Part shown: positions 16,201 through 27,881 of the stretch, piece after piece | How the letters are laid out: every line of letters starts with the position of its first letter | Position numbering within the stretch: the stretch's first letter is position 1 | Assembly (NCBI GenBank): GCA_964655185.1 | Contig: CAZZMK010000156.1 | Span: 1 to 32,849 of the forward strand | Source of the DNA: an uncultured Nitrospirales bacterium | GTDB lineage: Bacteria > Hydrogenedentota > Hydrogenedentia > Hydrogenedentales > Hydrogenedentaceae | Reading direction: 5' to 3' | Length of the DNA: 32,849 nt | The notes under the pieces: generated by a model | What the model saw: only the letters and a program-made list of their open reading frames with translations | Told to the model about the DNA's origin: nothing | Databases searched by the model: none | Translations under genes and position numbers: made by a program

Positions 16201-17743
16201 ATATGAATTCCCCACTTATCCTTGCTTCTATAATAAATCTACTTTTTGCACTCATAATTCTGTAATCTTCGATATGAAAGTCGGAGACAGATTCTAAATT
16301 AATTTCTATCCCCGTTTTTTGTTCGAACTCAGTGAGTAAGTCAGAATGTTCTTCTCTATATCTCTTTATTATTGCAGGGTGGGCTTGTAGTATAATTTTC
16401 TTCTCCCGTGTATTTACAGCGACCTCTTTTAATTTTCTGTAAATTTCCATCATAACAGTGGTTACCGAGCGAATGTATCCTTTACCTTCGCAATAGGGAC
16501 AAGATTGTGAGAGCGTTTTGACAACATTTTGTTTTACTCGCTGACGGGTCATTTCTATCATTCCCAACTGAGTAATTTCAGAGATTGTAATCTTGGCTCT
16601 GTCATTTTTAAGGCACTCTATAAAGTGGTTTAACAATTTCTTCTTATTCTGTTCTTGAGTCATATCAATAAAATCGATTACTATGATACCACTTAGGTCC
16701 CTCAGTCTTACCTGCCGTGCTATTTCTTCTGCCGCTTCGAGATTAGTTTGCAATATAGTCTCTTCTAATTCTTTCTTACCTGTAAAACTACCAGTGTTTA
16801 CATCTATTGCTACGAGTGCCTCAGTTAAATCTATAGTTATATAGCCTCCTGATCTAAGCGGGACATTTCTATGAAAAAGTTTTTCTATTTCTTTTTCTAT
16901 GTTCATTTTGAGAAATAAGGGAGTCTTAAGTTTATATAGTTTTACTCTGCTTTTTAATTGTGGGTCAAGAATATCAAGGAAGTTGAGAATTTTTTCATAT
17001 TGGTATACATCGTCTATTGTTAATCTGTTTATTTCTTTTGTAAATCTATCTCTGACTACCCTCAAAATTGGACTTAAATCTTCCCTAATTAAGCCCGGTC
17101 CTTTTAATGAGTGGAATTTAAATTGAATTTGGTCCCATACACGAAGGAGATATTCAACGTCGTTTTTTAAGTCTTCGAAAGGCTTATTATTTGACGCTGT
17201 TCTCAAGACTATTCCCATATCACGAGGTTTTATCTGGGGTATTATTTTTCTCAGTCTTTCTCTTTCTTTTTCGGAATCAATTTTTCTCGATATGCCTGTA
17301 ACATTTATAGTCGGGAATAAAACTACATATCTCCCCGGGAGTGTAATGAAAGTTGTAAGCCGTGCACCTTTGTTTCCTATCTGGTCTTTTACTACCTGAA
17401 CGAGTATATATTGGTTTTCACGAAGTATGTCTTGAATTTTGGGAGGTGCATGCGGTCCCTTCTTAAAAATAGGTTTAGGCACCATTTCATCATCAAGTGT
17501 AAAATCTTCGAAGTCTTTCGATATATCAGAAACATATAAAAAACCGTTTTTGCCTGTTCCAATATTCACAAATGCTGCCTGAATGCCTGGAACAATGTCT
17601 TCAACTCTGCCTTTGTAAATATTTCCTACAAGTGAAGGTGCTTCTGCCCTCTCAATAATTAATTCCGCCAACTTATTGTTCTCTAATAAGGCTATTCTTG
17701 TTTCTAACTTTTCAACATTAATAACAAGTTCTTTTTCTTTCAC
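16193..17743 (-). CDS. rng: Ribonuclease G/E family endoribonuclease
   Basis: 516 aa. S1 domain GNIYKGRVEDIVPGIQAAFVNIG, catalytic region ALVAIDVNTG...IIVIDFIDM, and Zn-link CPYCEGKG. The GTG start at 17743 overlaps the rodA stop by 1 nt. Confidence 0.85.
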   Translation of the reverse strand: MKEKELVINVEKLETRIALLENNKLAELIIERAEAPSLVGNIYKGRVEDIVPGIQAAFVNIGTGKNGFLYVSDISKDFEDFTLDDEMVPKPIFKKGPHAPPKIQDILRENQYILVQVVKDQIGNKGARLTTFITLPGRYVVLFPTINVTGISRKIDSEKERERLRKIIPQIKPRDMGIVLRTASNNKPFEDLKNDVEYLLRVWDQIQFKFHSLKGPGLIREDLSPILRVVRDRFTKEINRLTIDDVYQYEKILNFLDILDPQLKSRVKLYKLKTPLFLKMNIEKEIEKLFHRNVPLRSGGYITIDLTEALVAIDVNTGSFTGKKELEETILQTNLEAAEEIARQVRLRDLSGIIVIDFIDMTQEQNKKKLLNHFIECLKNDRAKITISEITQLGMIEMTRQRVKQNVVKTLSQSCPYCEGKGYIRSVTTVMMEIYRKLKEVAVNTREKKIILQAHPAIIKRYREEHSDLLTEFEQKTGIEINLESVSDFHIEDYRIMSAKSRFIIEARISGEFISK

Positions 17744-18969
17744 TATGTACTACTCCTGAAAAAGAAAATTTTTTGTTTCGGTATGCTAAATATCAAGCCA
17801 ATACCTATCATACAAGTTAGATAAAAAGACCTCCCATAACTTAGAAATGGTAATGGTAATCCTGTTACAGGCAGTAGACCCAGGGTAATACCTATATTTA
17901 CGCATACGTGAAAGAAAAATATGGTTGTAACTCCTACAATTAATAATTTTCCTTCGTAATCTGTGGCTTTGTAAGCGAGAGCAAGCATTCTTAACAGTAG
18001 CAGTAGATACAAAATTATCACCCCCGCTGATTTTACGAATCCGTTTTCTTCAGCAAAGTGTGCAAAAATGAAGTCAGTATGATATTCGGGTAGATAATTT
18101 AACCTCGATTGAGTGCCTTTTCTGTATCCTTTGCCGGTGATTCCACCACTTCCAATCGTTATTTTACTTTGATAGGTTTGCCAACCACTGCCTTGTATAT
18201 CCGCTTCAGGATTAAAAAAAGAATAAATACGAATTAATTGGTGAGGTTTTAGGGGGAGATAGGGAGGATGTTCTCCTGCTTTTATTTGGTCTGGAGTGAG
18301 GTTATGAACTTCTATGTATAGAAAGGCTATTAATATTATGCCTGCCAGGATGGTTGCCAACCAATGCCATAGCCGACACCCTGCGGAAAGTGTCATAAGA
18401 ACGACAATAGGCAAAAGGCTAATTGATGTTCCTAAATTAGGTTGAAGTAGTATCAATAAAGCAGGGATGGCAGTTATTATATAAGCAGTAAGGTACCACC
18501 AAAGATGTCGAATTCTTGATTTTACCTTCCCAAAATACCAGGTTAATGTAAGGACTAAGAGGATTTTATTTATCTCTGAGGGCTGAAACCTAAATGGACC
18601 AATGGGTATCCACCTTTCACTCCCTTTTACTTGTAAACCATATAATAGTACAACAATTAGTAGAGTTATTGAGGCAATGTATAAGAAGGGAGAGATTACT
18701 ACCAGCATTTTGTAATCAATCATAGTTAGAAATATTACGATTGGGATTGAAAAAAAGAATATAGTGAAATGTTTATAGAAGTATGATAAGTCTCTTTCTT
18801 CACTTGCGCTGAACATATTTAATAAGCCTATGAACACTAAGGCTAACACAATAAAAGATAATATGGGGTCTATGTTTCTGACTTTCTTAATGTCGAATAA
18901 TCTAATATTCTCCTCATCAATAATTGATTGTGTAGGAATCCTATTATTTAATAGTGTTGAATTTATCAT
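17743..18969 (-). CDS. rodA: SEDS-family peptidoglycan glycosyltransferase RodA
   Basis: 408 aa, about 10 TM spans. Motifs RWIPIGPFRFQPSE, QPNLGT, GSGGITGKGY..GTQ, and LPEYHTDFIFAHFAEENGF. Lies immediately downstream of PBP2. Confidence 0.85.
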   Translation of the reverse strand: MINSTLLNNRIPTQSIIDEENIRLFDIKKVRNIDPILSFIVLALVFIGLLNMFSASEERDLSYFYKHFTIFFFSIPIVIFLTMIDYKMLVVISPFLYIASITLLIVVLLYGLQVKGSERWIPIGPFRFQPSEINKILLVLTLTWYFGKVKSRIRHLWWYLTAYIITAIPALLILLQPNLGTSISLLPIVVLMTLSAGCRLWHWLATILAGIILIAFLYIEVHNLTPDQIKAGEHPPYLPLKPHQLIRIYSFFNPEADIQGSGWQTYQSKITIGSGGITGKGYRKGTQSRLNYLPEYHTDFIFAHFAEENGFVKSAGVIILYLLLLLRMLALAYKATDYEGKLLIVGVTTIFFFHVCVNIGITLGLLPVTGLPLPFLSYGRSFYLTCMIGIGLIFSIPKQKIFFFRSST

Positions 18970-18981
18970 TACTGTATTACT

Positions 18982-20913
18982 CTAATGTTTATTATGTTTT
19001 GCAATGAGGGTATCAGATTGTTTTTGTTCTTTCTTTGTGTAAAAGAAAGATATAATTTCTTTTGCTAATGGCGCCGCTGCTGAGGCGCCGTGAGCGCCAT
19101 GTTCTACAAGCACACAAATAGCAATTTTGGGCTCTCTATCTATGACACCTGCAATAAACCACGCATGGTCTCTATATTCTTTTGGTATTTTTTCCTCTGA
19201 TTCGTATTTTTTATGTAGTTCGAGGGAAACTACCTGTGCGGTTCCTGTTTTACCTATCACAGTTATCCCATCTACTTTTGCCTGTTTACCTGTGCCTGCA
19301 GGTTTGTTCCCGATAGGTTCTACGCAAAGCCTCATACCTTGGATAACCGTTTTTATAGTACTTTCTGAATATATTCTTTCAGGTGGTGTAGGAAGTAAAA
19401 AGTTCGCATTGATATGAGGGTATACTTTATATCCATTATTAATTATCGTTGCCATGAGGACAGCATTTTGAAGAGGTGTTGTAACACAACTCCCTTGACC
19501 TATACTTAAATTAACCGTATCTCCCGGGTACCATCTTTGGTCCCATATCGGCTTATTTGCGTTTATTTTTGCCTTCCACTCTTTATCGGGTATGAGCCCA
19601 GGAACTTCTAATGGTAAATCTATCCCTGTTTTAGTCCCTAAACCGACTTTTTTCGCATACTCAGATATAGTATCTACTCCCAATTTTAGCCCGAGATTGT
19701 AAAAGAAGACATCGCAGGAATATGCTATGGCTTCTACTACGTTTACAGAGCCGTGACCATGTTTCTGCCAGCATTTCCACGCTCTTCCCTTCCCATCGAT
19801 TTGGAATGAGCCAGGACAATAAAATGTAGTATTGGGTGTTATTACCCCTTTTTCAAGGGCTGTTGCTGCCAAGAATATTTTGAAGACGGAGCCCGGGGGA
19901 TATTGTTCACTAATTGCACGGTTAATCATCCTATTTGGCTTACTTCTAAGTAGTTCCAGCCTTTCTAAGTCTTTACCCTTAGTTACAAACACATTGGGGT
20001 CATATCTTGGACTACTCGCCATTGCAAGCACTGCTCCCGTCTCAGCCTCAAGGACTACAATAGCTCCATTTTCTCCTAATAAAAGGTCTTCACAGAACTT
20101 TTGAAGTTCTATATCAATGGTTAAAACTACATCTTTTCCGGGTTTGGGCTCTTCCTTAAAAAAGTCTTCCTCTATAAGTAAATGCCCGCGTGTATCTCTC
20201 TTGGCAAGAACAAGGTTTCCAAATCTATCCGTCCTTAATTGGGGTAATCCAGCAGCGTATCTCGTAATCATCATAAATCCGGGCTCGCCTCTAAGTAAGT
20301 CTTCGTAATATTTTTCTATGCCTGCTCTTCCTATTAAATCTCCCATTGAGTAATCTTTTTGATTTGCGAGTTCCTCTTTGTTTATTTCATTGATGAAACC
20401 AACAATTTGTCCTCCGATGGAACCGTATGGGTATCTACGAAGTGGCTGAGTTATTGTATAAACTCCTGGTAATCTAAAAGCATTTTCTTCTAACCTAATC
20501 CAATCTGAACGGGGAATATCTCTTTTTATAATTACTTGGGTAAAAGGTTCTTCTCGGAATCTCTCTATTTGTTGATAAAGCCAATCAGGATGAATATTTA
20601 GAATAGAATAGAGCAGTTCAGCCACTTCTTCGACCTTCTCTGGTGGACAATCACCGGGAACAAAAATTACATCGGTTGAGGGTCTATTATCTGCCAATAT
20701 TCTCCCATCTCTTGTTAAAATTTTGCCTCGTTCGGGTTTTAACTTTTGAGGCCAGATTTTATTATTTTCAGCCTTTTCCCTATAGAGTTCACAATCTCTA
20801 ACTTGTAATATCCACAACCGTGATATTAAAGGTACTATACCGATAATAATTAAAATACCTACTACGATTAGTCTTCTGTTAATGTCTTTCTTGTTCATTT
20901 CATAACTCGACAT
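18982..20913 (-). CDS. mrdA: Penicillin-binding protein 2 (elongasome transpeptidase)
   Basis: 643 aa. N-terminal anchor, PBP dimerisation domain, and transpeptidase motifs SxxK (PPGSVFK), SxD/N (YSCD) and KTGT (GKTGTAQ). Confidence 0.9.
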   Translation of the reverse strand: MSSYEMNKKDINRRLIVVGILIIIGIVPLISRLWILQVRDCELYREKAENNKIWPQKLKPERGKILTRDGRILADNRPSTDVIFVPGDCPPEKVEEVAELLYSILNIHPDWLYQQIERFREEPFTQVIIKRDIPRSDWIRLEENAFRLPGVYTITQPLRRYPYGSIGGQIVGFINEINKEELANQKDYSMGDLIGRAGIEKYYEDLLRGEPGFMMITRYAAGLPQLRTDRFGNLVLAKRDTRGHLLIEEDFFKEEPKPGKDVVLTIDIELQKFCEDLLLGENGAIVVLEAETGAVLAMASSPRYDPNVFVTKGKDLERLELLRSKPNRMINRAISEQYPPGSVFKIFLAATALEKGVITPNTTFYCPGSFQIDGKGRAWKCWQKHGHGSVNVVEAIAYSCDVFFYNLGLKLGVDTISEYAKKVGLGTKTGIDLPLEVPGLIPDKEWKAKINANKPIWDQRWYPGDTVNLSIGQGSCVTTPLQNAVLMATIINNGYKVYPHINANFLLPTPPERIYSESTIKTVIQGMRLCVEPIGNKPAGTGKQAKVDGITVIGKTGTAQVVSLELHKKYESEEKIPKEYRDHAWFIAGVIDREPKIAICVLVEHGAHGASAAAPLAKEIISFFYTKKEQKQSDTLIAKHNKH

Positions 20914-20916
20914 AAC

Positions 20917-21432
20917 TTACTCCGAAATTTGGTAATTAAAAAACGAATCGGAGAAATTAAAAAAACTCCCGACTATCCAAAATATTATTGGAGTAAGTAT
21001 TGCAGTATAAAAGGCTTGTGGAACAGTATCAACTATGAGCATATAGAAATAGTTTCCATAAGGATTCTGAAGGTAAGAGATGAAGTTAAAAATTATTCCA
21101 TAAATTATTGTAGCAAAGAATACTAAAGATGCTTTAATGGCTGGATGTAATGAGATAAGTCGGGCTGAAACCTTGCCTAAGATAAATGCAGGTACTACCA
21201 AACATAGTATATGGAATCCTAATGTGGAATTACTTGCTACATCAAGGTAAGTTCCTGCGAAAACACTTCCTATCATTGCGCGTTCTTCACCATAGTAGAA
21301 AGCGATGTATATAATTACAATAAGTGCCAGATTTGGGGCAATGCCCTCTATTTTCAAAATTTCAGGCCAACTTATTTGTAAAATGGTTAGAACGAAAACC
21401 ACTAAAATCCAAAGTATGTGATAGATTATCAT
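20917..21432 (-). CDS. mreD: Rod shape-determining protein MreD
   Basis: 171 aa, small and polytopic, with about 5 hydrophobic spans. Sits between mreC and mrdA with 5-nt and 3-nt gaps. The call rests mainly on size, topology and position. Confidence 0.7.
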   Translation of the reverse strand: MIIYHILWILVVFVLTILQISWPEILKIEGIAPNLALIVIIYIAFYYGEERAMIGSVFAGTYLDVASNSTLGFHILCLVVPAFILGKVSARLISLHPAIKASLVFFATIIYGIIFNFISYLQNPYGNYFYMLIVDTVPQAFYTAILTPIIFWIVGSFFNFSDSFFNYQISE

Positions 21433-21437
21433 AGTAC

Positions 21438-22370
21438 TTACGGTGCCAAAAGTTCTTGAATAGGTAATCGTTTGTTAATTTCAGAGTTAACTTCAATTGC
21501 TTTGTTTTCATTCGGCGAATAGGCAAATTCTAATGGTTCGGGTTTGGTAAGGATTACGTAAACCATATCCACCGTGTATGGGTCAACTATTGGTATTATA
21601 TCTGCTGTCTTCCATATTGTGCCTGTTTCGTGAATTGCCTGTATTTTCCCTATAGGAATACCTGCTGGAAATACACTCTCTGGACTCGTAACTATCAAAT
21701 CACCTATTTTGACAGTATCATAAATGTCGATGTAATTCATCGTACAGATTTTTTTGAGGTCTCCGGCCGGGAAAATTACACCATCGTAAGCACGCAATCG
21801 GGTTCTTTCTACCATAGCACCTATTCTGCAGTTCTTATGATGTAGTGTGGCTACTACAGATGTGTGTGGGGAACTCTCTATGACAATCCCAACCACACCC
21901 TCGGGGACAACTACACCGTCAAATACTTTTACCCCATCTTTTGTACCTTTGTCTATTCTTAGAGTGCCTCGATAAACTTCCACTACATCCGCGGGGATTA
22001 TTTCTAACTGAGATAGTAATTTCTGTTTATTTTCACTTATATTAAGCAGTTTTTCCAGATTTTTAATCTTTTCGCTCTTCTCAATTAACGATAGACGGAG
22101 TCGCGTAAGTTCTTCTTTCAATGCATAATTTTCAGATTGTATTCTTTCTGCTGAAAAGATAGAATTTAGAGCAAGGTCTATCCCTTTATTCACCGAGTTT
22201 CGAAGAACTACAACTGGAGTAGTAATAAAATATAGTGATTCTTTTATAAGCCTTTGTATCGGCTCGGTAGACCTTTCTGTAAGAAGTGAAATAATACAAA
22301 TAAAACATATAACAATAAAGAGAATAGTTGAACGAATAGGTGAGTAACGAGCAAAAGGAGAAGTTTTCAT
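21438..22370 (-). CDS. mreC: Rod shape-determining protein MreC
   Basis: 310 aa. N-terminal TM span, a coiled coil (ENYALKEELTRLRLSLIEKSEKIKNLEKLL), then beta-domains with VVPEGVVGIVIESSPHTSVV and PAGIPIGKI. Confidence 0.85.
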   Translation of the reverse strand: MKTSPFARYSPIRSTILFIVICFICIISLLTERSTEPIQRLIKESLYFITTPVVVLRNSVNKGIDLALNSIFSAERIQSENYALKEELTRLRLSLIEKSEKIKNLEKLLNISENKQKLLSQLEIIPADVVEVYRGTLRIDKGTKDGVKVFDGVVVPEGVVGIVIESSPHTSVVATLHHKNCRIGAMVERTRLRAYDGVIFPAGDLKKICTMNYIDIYDTVKIGDLIVTSPESVFPAGIPIGKIQAIHETGTIWKTADIIPIVDPYTVDMVYVILTKPEPLEFAYSPNENKAIEVNSEINKRLPIQELLAP

Positions 22371-22390
22371 TTTCGTTAATTGCTATATTT

Positions 22391-23494
<1,104 letters not shown>

Positions 23495-23496
23495 TT

Positions 23497-23505
23497 ATTA
23501 TACCA
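23497..23505 (-). promoter_or_regulatory. Candidate extended -10 promoter (TGGTATAAT) for the mreB operon
   Basis: Plus strand attatacca at 23497..23505 reads TGGTATAAT on the minus strand, about 78 nt upstream of the GTG at 23419. The -35 is weak (TTAAAC at 17-nt spacing). Confidence 0.35.
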
Positions 23506-23694
23506 AAATTAGGTCATTAGTTTAATATAACTACCTTATTGTCACTACCATATAATGCTACTATGGTGGTAAAACAGTCGTCCTGTTTTGTGCGTAATTT
23601 ATATTAAATAGATTTAGGAATTGTTAGAAAGGGTGAAGATGTTATATCATAATATAGTTACTTTTGGATTTAATTTAGAAAGGTTGTAAAGAGG

Positions 23695-25647
23695 ATGAAC
23701 AGTTTTCTAAAACAAATATCGTTGTGGATAGTTTTCCTAATTATAATGGTGCTCATTTTATCTAATTTTTCAAAAGTTAGGGGCCCTCATCGAGAACTCC
23801 TTGAGCCTGATTTTGTTGAGCAGTTGAATAGAGAAAATATTAAATCGGTTGTTATAAAAGAAGTTGGGAACAATTTAAAGCAGGTCATAGCCGAATTAAG
23901 GACAGAAGTGGATGGACAAAAGAGGATTCAGTTTAATACTGATAACTTTAAGGAAGAATGGAAAGAGAAACTTGAAGAACAGAAAGTAAGTTATAAATAC
24001 GAAACAGACAATCAGTTTTGGCAGGGATTGCTGTTAAATGTCTTGCCTCTGATAATAATAATGGGACTATTTTGGTTTTTTATGTTTAGACAGGTGCAAG
24101 GCGGGAGTAGTAAAGCACTTTCATTCGGAAAGAGTAGGGCACGGCTTGTAAATCAGAGTGATAAGGTTGTTACATTTGAGGATGTTGCGGGGGTCGATGA
24201 GGCAAAAGAAGAACTTAAAGAAATTGTTGAATATCTGAAAGACCCCAGAAAGTTCTCAAGATTAGGGGGAAGAATACCAAGAGGCGTTTTGTTAGTAGGT
24301 CCTCCGGGCTCAGGTAAAACATTGTTGGCGAGAGCGGTAGCAGGTGAAGCGAATGTGCCATTTTTTAGTATCAGCGGTTCTGATTTCGTTGAAATGTTTG
24401 TTGGCGTAGGTGCAAGTAGAGTTAGAGATTTGTTCCAACAGGGGTACAAAAATGCTCCGTGTATCATATTTATAGATGAAATTGATGCGGTGGGTAGACA
24501 AAGAGGAGCAGGTTTAGGGGGAGGCCATGATGAAAGGGAGCAGACACTGAATCAACTCCTTGTAGAAATGGATGGATTCAATAGTAACGAAGGCGTAATT
24601 TTAATGGCAGCGACCAATAGACCGGATGTTTTAGATAAAGCATTGTTGAGACCTGGGAGATTTGACCGTCAGATTGTTGTTGGTTTGCCTGACGTAAGAG
24701 GGCGAAAACAGATTCTGGAAGTTCATATTAGAAAGCAAAAAGTTCCTATAGATGATGATGTAGATTTAGACATCTTGGCTAAAAGTACCCCAGGCTTTTC
24801 TGGAGCCGACCTTGCTAATATGGTAAACGAAGCAGCATTACTCGCTGCGCGACGGAATAAAGAAAAGGTTAGTATGATTGATTTTGAGGATGCAAAAGAC
24901 CGCGTGTTAATGGGTCCTGCAAGAAAGAGTCTTGCGCTAAGTCCTAAAGAGAAAATTCAAACTGCATATCACGAGGCTGGACACGCATTAGTGGCAAGAC
25001 TTTTACCCGATGCAGACCCAATCCATAAGGCAACTATCATTCCACGGGGACCTTCCTTGGGTGTTACAAGTTTCCTTCCTGAGGAGGATAGGCACAACTT
25101 AACACAGAGGTGGTGCCTTGCTACAATTCGGGTCACAATGGGTGGAAGGGCAGCAGAAGAAATAGTTTTTAATGAATTTACGAGTGGTTGCGCTAATGAC
25201 TTACTTCAGGCAACTAAACTTGCACATTCAATGGTTTGTGAATGGGGAATGAGTTCCCTCGGTCCTATCGCCTTCGGAAGGAATGAAGAAATTTTCCTGG
25301 GTAGAGATTTTGTTAGGATGCGTGAGTTTAGCGAAGAAACTGCAGCAGCGGTTGATAGAGAAGTCCATAAGATTTTGGATGAAGCATATAGGGATGCAAA
25401 AACTCTTTTAGAAAAGCATAGAAATATACTTGATGCTTTGGCAAAGGCTCTGCATGATAAAGAAATTCTTGAATCTGATGAGATTGACGAGATTATATGC
25501 ACAGTAGGAGGTGAACATTTATTGCCTGAGAAGTGGAGAGAAAGAAGGAAGAAAAAGAAGGAGAAACAAGAAGCAGAGGCGAAATTACCTGAAGAACTCG
25601 TATCTAATACTCCACCGCTTCAACCTCCATTACCAGATATGGCATAG
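23695..25647 (+). CDS. ftsH: ATP-dependent zinc metalloprotease FtsH
   Basis: 650 aa. Two N-terminal TM spans, Walker A GPPGSGKT, Walker [32 protein letters not shown], and Zn motif HEAGHAL. The C-terminal tail is Lys/Glu- and Pro-rich. Confidence 0.97.
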   Translation: MNSFLKQISLWIVFLIIMVLILSNFSKVRGPHRELLEPDFVEQLNRENIKSVVIKEVGNNLKQVIAELRTEVDGQKRIQFNTDNFKEEWKEKLEEQKVSYKYETDNQFWQGLLLNVLPLIIIMGLFWFFMFRQVQGGSSKALSFGKSRARLVNQSDKVVTFEDVAGVDEAKEELKEIVEYLKDPRKFSRLGGRIPRGVLLVGPPGSGKTLLARAVAGEANVPFFSISGSDFVEMFVGVGASRVRDLFQQGYKNAPCIIFIDEIDAVGRQRGAGLGGGHDEREQTLNQLLVEMDGFNSNEGVILMAATNRPDVLDKALLRPGRFDRQIVVGLPDVRGRKQILEVHIRKQKVPIDDDVDLDILAKSTPGFSGADLANMVNEAALLAARRNKEKVSMIDFEDAKDRVLMGPARKSLALSPKEKIQTAYHEAGHALVARLLPDADPIHKATIIPRGPSLGVTSFLPEEDRHNLTQRWCLATIRVTMGGRAAEEIVFNEFTSGCANDLLQATKLAHSMVCEWGMSSLGPIAFGRNEEIFLGRDFVRMREFSEETAAAVDREVHKILDEAYRDAKTLLEKHRNILDALAKALHDKEILESDEIDEIICTVGGEHLLPEKWRERRKKKKEKQEAEAKLPEELVSNTPPLQPPLPDMA

Positions 25648-25706
25648 TTTTAAGTTTTGCTGTAATTTATTTTATTATTAGTAGTGGGATGGGAGGTAGG
25701 GGAGAT

Positions 25707-26513
25707 ATGAAGAGAAGAACATTGGTAATGGGTGTTTTAAATGTTACCCCTGATTCTTTCTTTGATGGAGGGCTTTATTTTTCACCTGAGAGAGCCTATA
25801 ATCGTGCTATGCAAATGATAGAAGAGGGATGTGACATAATAGACATTGGCGGTGAATCTTCCCGACCTGGTGCAATTCCAATAGGTGCGGATGAGGAACA
25901 GAGAAGGGTTTTACCTGTTATAGAGGCTTTAGCGGGAGTCAAGGTCCCACTTTCTATTGATACCTACAGGGCAGATACTGCTCGCAAGGCTCTTAGATAT
26001 GGTGTCTCAATGGTGAACGATATCTCCGCTTTTAGGTTCGACCCTGAACTTGTTGAAGTTGTGGCTGAGGCTGGTTGCCAATATGTGTTAATGCATATGC
26101 AAGGTACTCCACAAACGATGCAAATAAACCCCCGTTATGAGGATGTTGTTTCAGATATTTGCTATTTTTTTGAAGAAAGATTAAAATTTGCTACAGACCA
26201 CGGCGTGAAGGAAGAGAAGATATGGTTAGACCCGGGATTTGGTTTTGGGAAAACTGTAGAGCAAAATTTGACCTTACTTCGAAGGATTAAGGAGTTCTTC
26301 CAATTTGGTAGACCTATTTTAATTGGTACTTCGAATAAGTCCACCATTGGAGCGGTTTTGAATACGCCAATAGAAGAAAGACTTGAGGGTACATCTGCTA
26401 CAATTGCATGGTCAGTATTTCAAGGAGTTCACGCAGTTAGGGTACATAATGTTAAGGAAATGATTAGAGTTATAAAGATGAGTGAGGCTATAATTTATGG
26501 AGTAAAAGGATAG
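25707..26513 (+). CDS. folP: Dihydropteroate synthase
   Basis: MGVLNVTPDSFFDGG, DIGGESSRPGA and DPGFGFGK. The track ORF starts at 25689, but the ATG at 25707 follows a GGAGGTAGGGGAG purine-rich SD. Confidence 0.9.
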   Translation: MKRRTLVMGVLNVTPDSFFDGGLYFSPERAYNRAMQMIEEGCDIIDIGGESSRPGAIPIGADEEQRRVLPVIEALAGVKVPLSIDTYRADTARKALRYGVSMVNDISAFRFDPELVEVVAEAGCQYVLMHMQGTPQTMQINPRYEDVVSDICYFFEERLKFATDHGVKEEKIWLDPGFGFGKTVEQNLTLLRRIKEFFQFGRPILIGTSNKSTIGAVLNTPIEERLEGTSATIAWSVFQGVHAVRVHNVKEMIRVIKMSEAIIYGVKG

Positions 26514-26517
26514 GGAT

Positions 26518-27870
26518 ATGGCTAAAAGACTTTTCGGCACAGATGGCGTAAGAGGTATTGCAAATGAGTATCCTATGACTGCTGAAATGGCGCTCAAAAT
26601 TGGTAGAGCAGCAGGGACTATATTTCAAAGAGAAAATCGCCAACACACAATACTTATCGGCAAGGATACTCGTCGTTCGTGCTATATGTTTGAAAATGCT
26701 CTCACCGCCGGATTGTGTTCCGTCGGTGTAAGGGTTTTGCTTACTGGGCCTCTCCCAACTCCTGGTGTTTCGTATATTATGCGAAGTTTAAGGTGTGACG
26801 GAGCAATAATGATTAGTGCTTCACATAATCCCTACTACGACAACGGGATAAAAATATTTGGTCCTGATGGATATAAAATTCCCGATGAAATTGAGGATGA
26901 AATAGAGCGATTGATAGCCACAGGTGAAGTAGACCAACTTAGGCCTAAGGGTGAAAAAATAGGAACTGCTAAGAGAATTGATGATGCGGTAGGTAGGTAT
27001 ATAGAGTTTGTAAAGGCTACATTTCCAAAAGGGATGAAATTAGATGGATTAAAAATTGTTGTAGATTGTGCTAACGGAGCAATGTATAAGGTAGGACCCG
27101 ATACTCTCTCGGAATTAGGCGCTACCGTTATACCTATTGCGAATGAACCTAACGGTATTAACATTAATGATAAATGTGGTTCCGTGTACCCAGAAGAGAT
27201 GAGGGCTCAGGTAATTAGAGAAAAGGCAGATGTGGGAATAGCCTTCGATGGCGATGGAGATAGGATTGTTATGGCAGATAATCAAGGAAGGTTGCTCGAT
27301 GGTAATGCTATTCTCGCTATACTGGGGGCTGATTACCTTAAACGAGGAATTCTCGGTAATAGTACTGTGGTAACTACCGTTATGGCTAATTCAGGTTTAG
27401 AAAAGGCTCTTGAACCACTTGGAGGTAGAGTAGTCAGAACTAAAGTTGGTGATAGAATGGTATCGGAAACTCTGAAGCAGGAAAACTCTAACCTTGGTGG
27501 AGAACCTTCAGGACATATAGTCTTGCTCGATTATAATGTTACTGGTGATGCAATGATTGCAGCACTTCAGGTTTTGGCTATAATTGTTCGGTCTGACCAA
27601 CCACTGTCTGAATTAGCAAGTATTTATCAGCCATTACCCGAGTACCATGAAAAAGTACCTATCATAGGGGAGAAAAGACCTTCGGAGGAGGAATTGAATA
27701 ATATTGCAAAGAAATGTGAAAATGAACTTAATGGAGAAGGAAGAGTCGTTATCAGATATTCCGGCACAGAGCCGGTAATAAGAGTGATGGTTCAACATAG
27801 AGAATTGCGAAAAGCAGAAGTATACTGTAAAGAAATAGTTGAAAAAGTTAGTTTACTCGTGAATTCATAA
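26518..27870 (+). CDS. glmM: Phosphoglucosamine mutase
   Basis: 450 aa. LFGTDGVRG, phosphoserine loop SASHNPYYDNGIK, Mg site FDGDGDR, GGEPSGH, and RYSGTEPVIRVMV. Lies 4 nt after folP. Confidence 0.93.
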   Translation: MAKRLFGTDGVRGIANEYPMTAEMALKIGRAAGTIFQRENRQHTILIGKDTRRSCYMFENALTAGLCSVGVRVLLTGPLPTPGVSYIMRSLRCDGAIMISASHNPYYDNGIKIFGPDGYKIPDEIEDEIERLIATGEVDQLRPKGEKIGTAKRIDDAVGRYIEFVKATFPKGMKLDGLKIVVDCANGAMYKVGPDTLSELGATVIPIANEPNGININDKCGSVYPEEMRAQVIREKADVGIAFDGDGDRIVMADNQGRLLDGNAILAILGADYLKRGILGNSTVVTTVMANSGLEKALEPLGGRVVRTKVGDRMVSETLKQENSNLGGEPSGHIVLLDYNVTGDAMIAALQVLAIIVRSDQPLSELASIYQPLPEYHEKVPIIGEKRPSEEELNNIAKKCENELNGEGRVVIRYSGTEPVIRVMVQHRELRKAEVYCKEIVEKVSLLVNS

Positions 27871-27881
27871 GGAGAGGAAAG

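Noticed and set aside
23639-23689. 16-codon upstream ORF ([16 protein letters not shown]) ending 5 nt before the ftsH start
   Set aside because: The only SD-like element (GGTGA) is too close to the ATG. It is likely a chance frame. It would only be worth revisiting if conserved in relatives.
24153-24501. Minus-strand 104-aa and 63-aa ORFs inside ftsH, plus similar ones in ftsH (25206..25502), glmM (26835..27164) and pdxJ (28016..28633)
   Set aside because: Same reasoning: they are antisense to strongly supported genes and show no independent coding signal.
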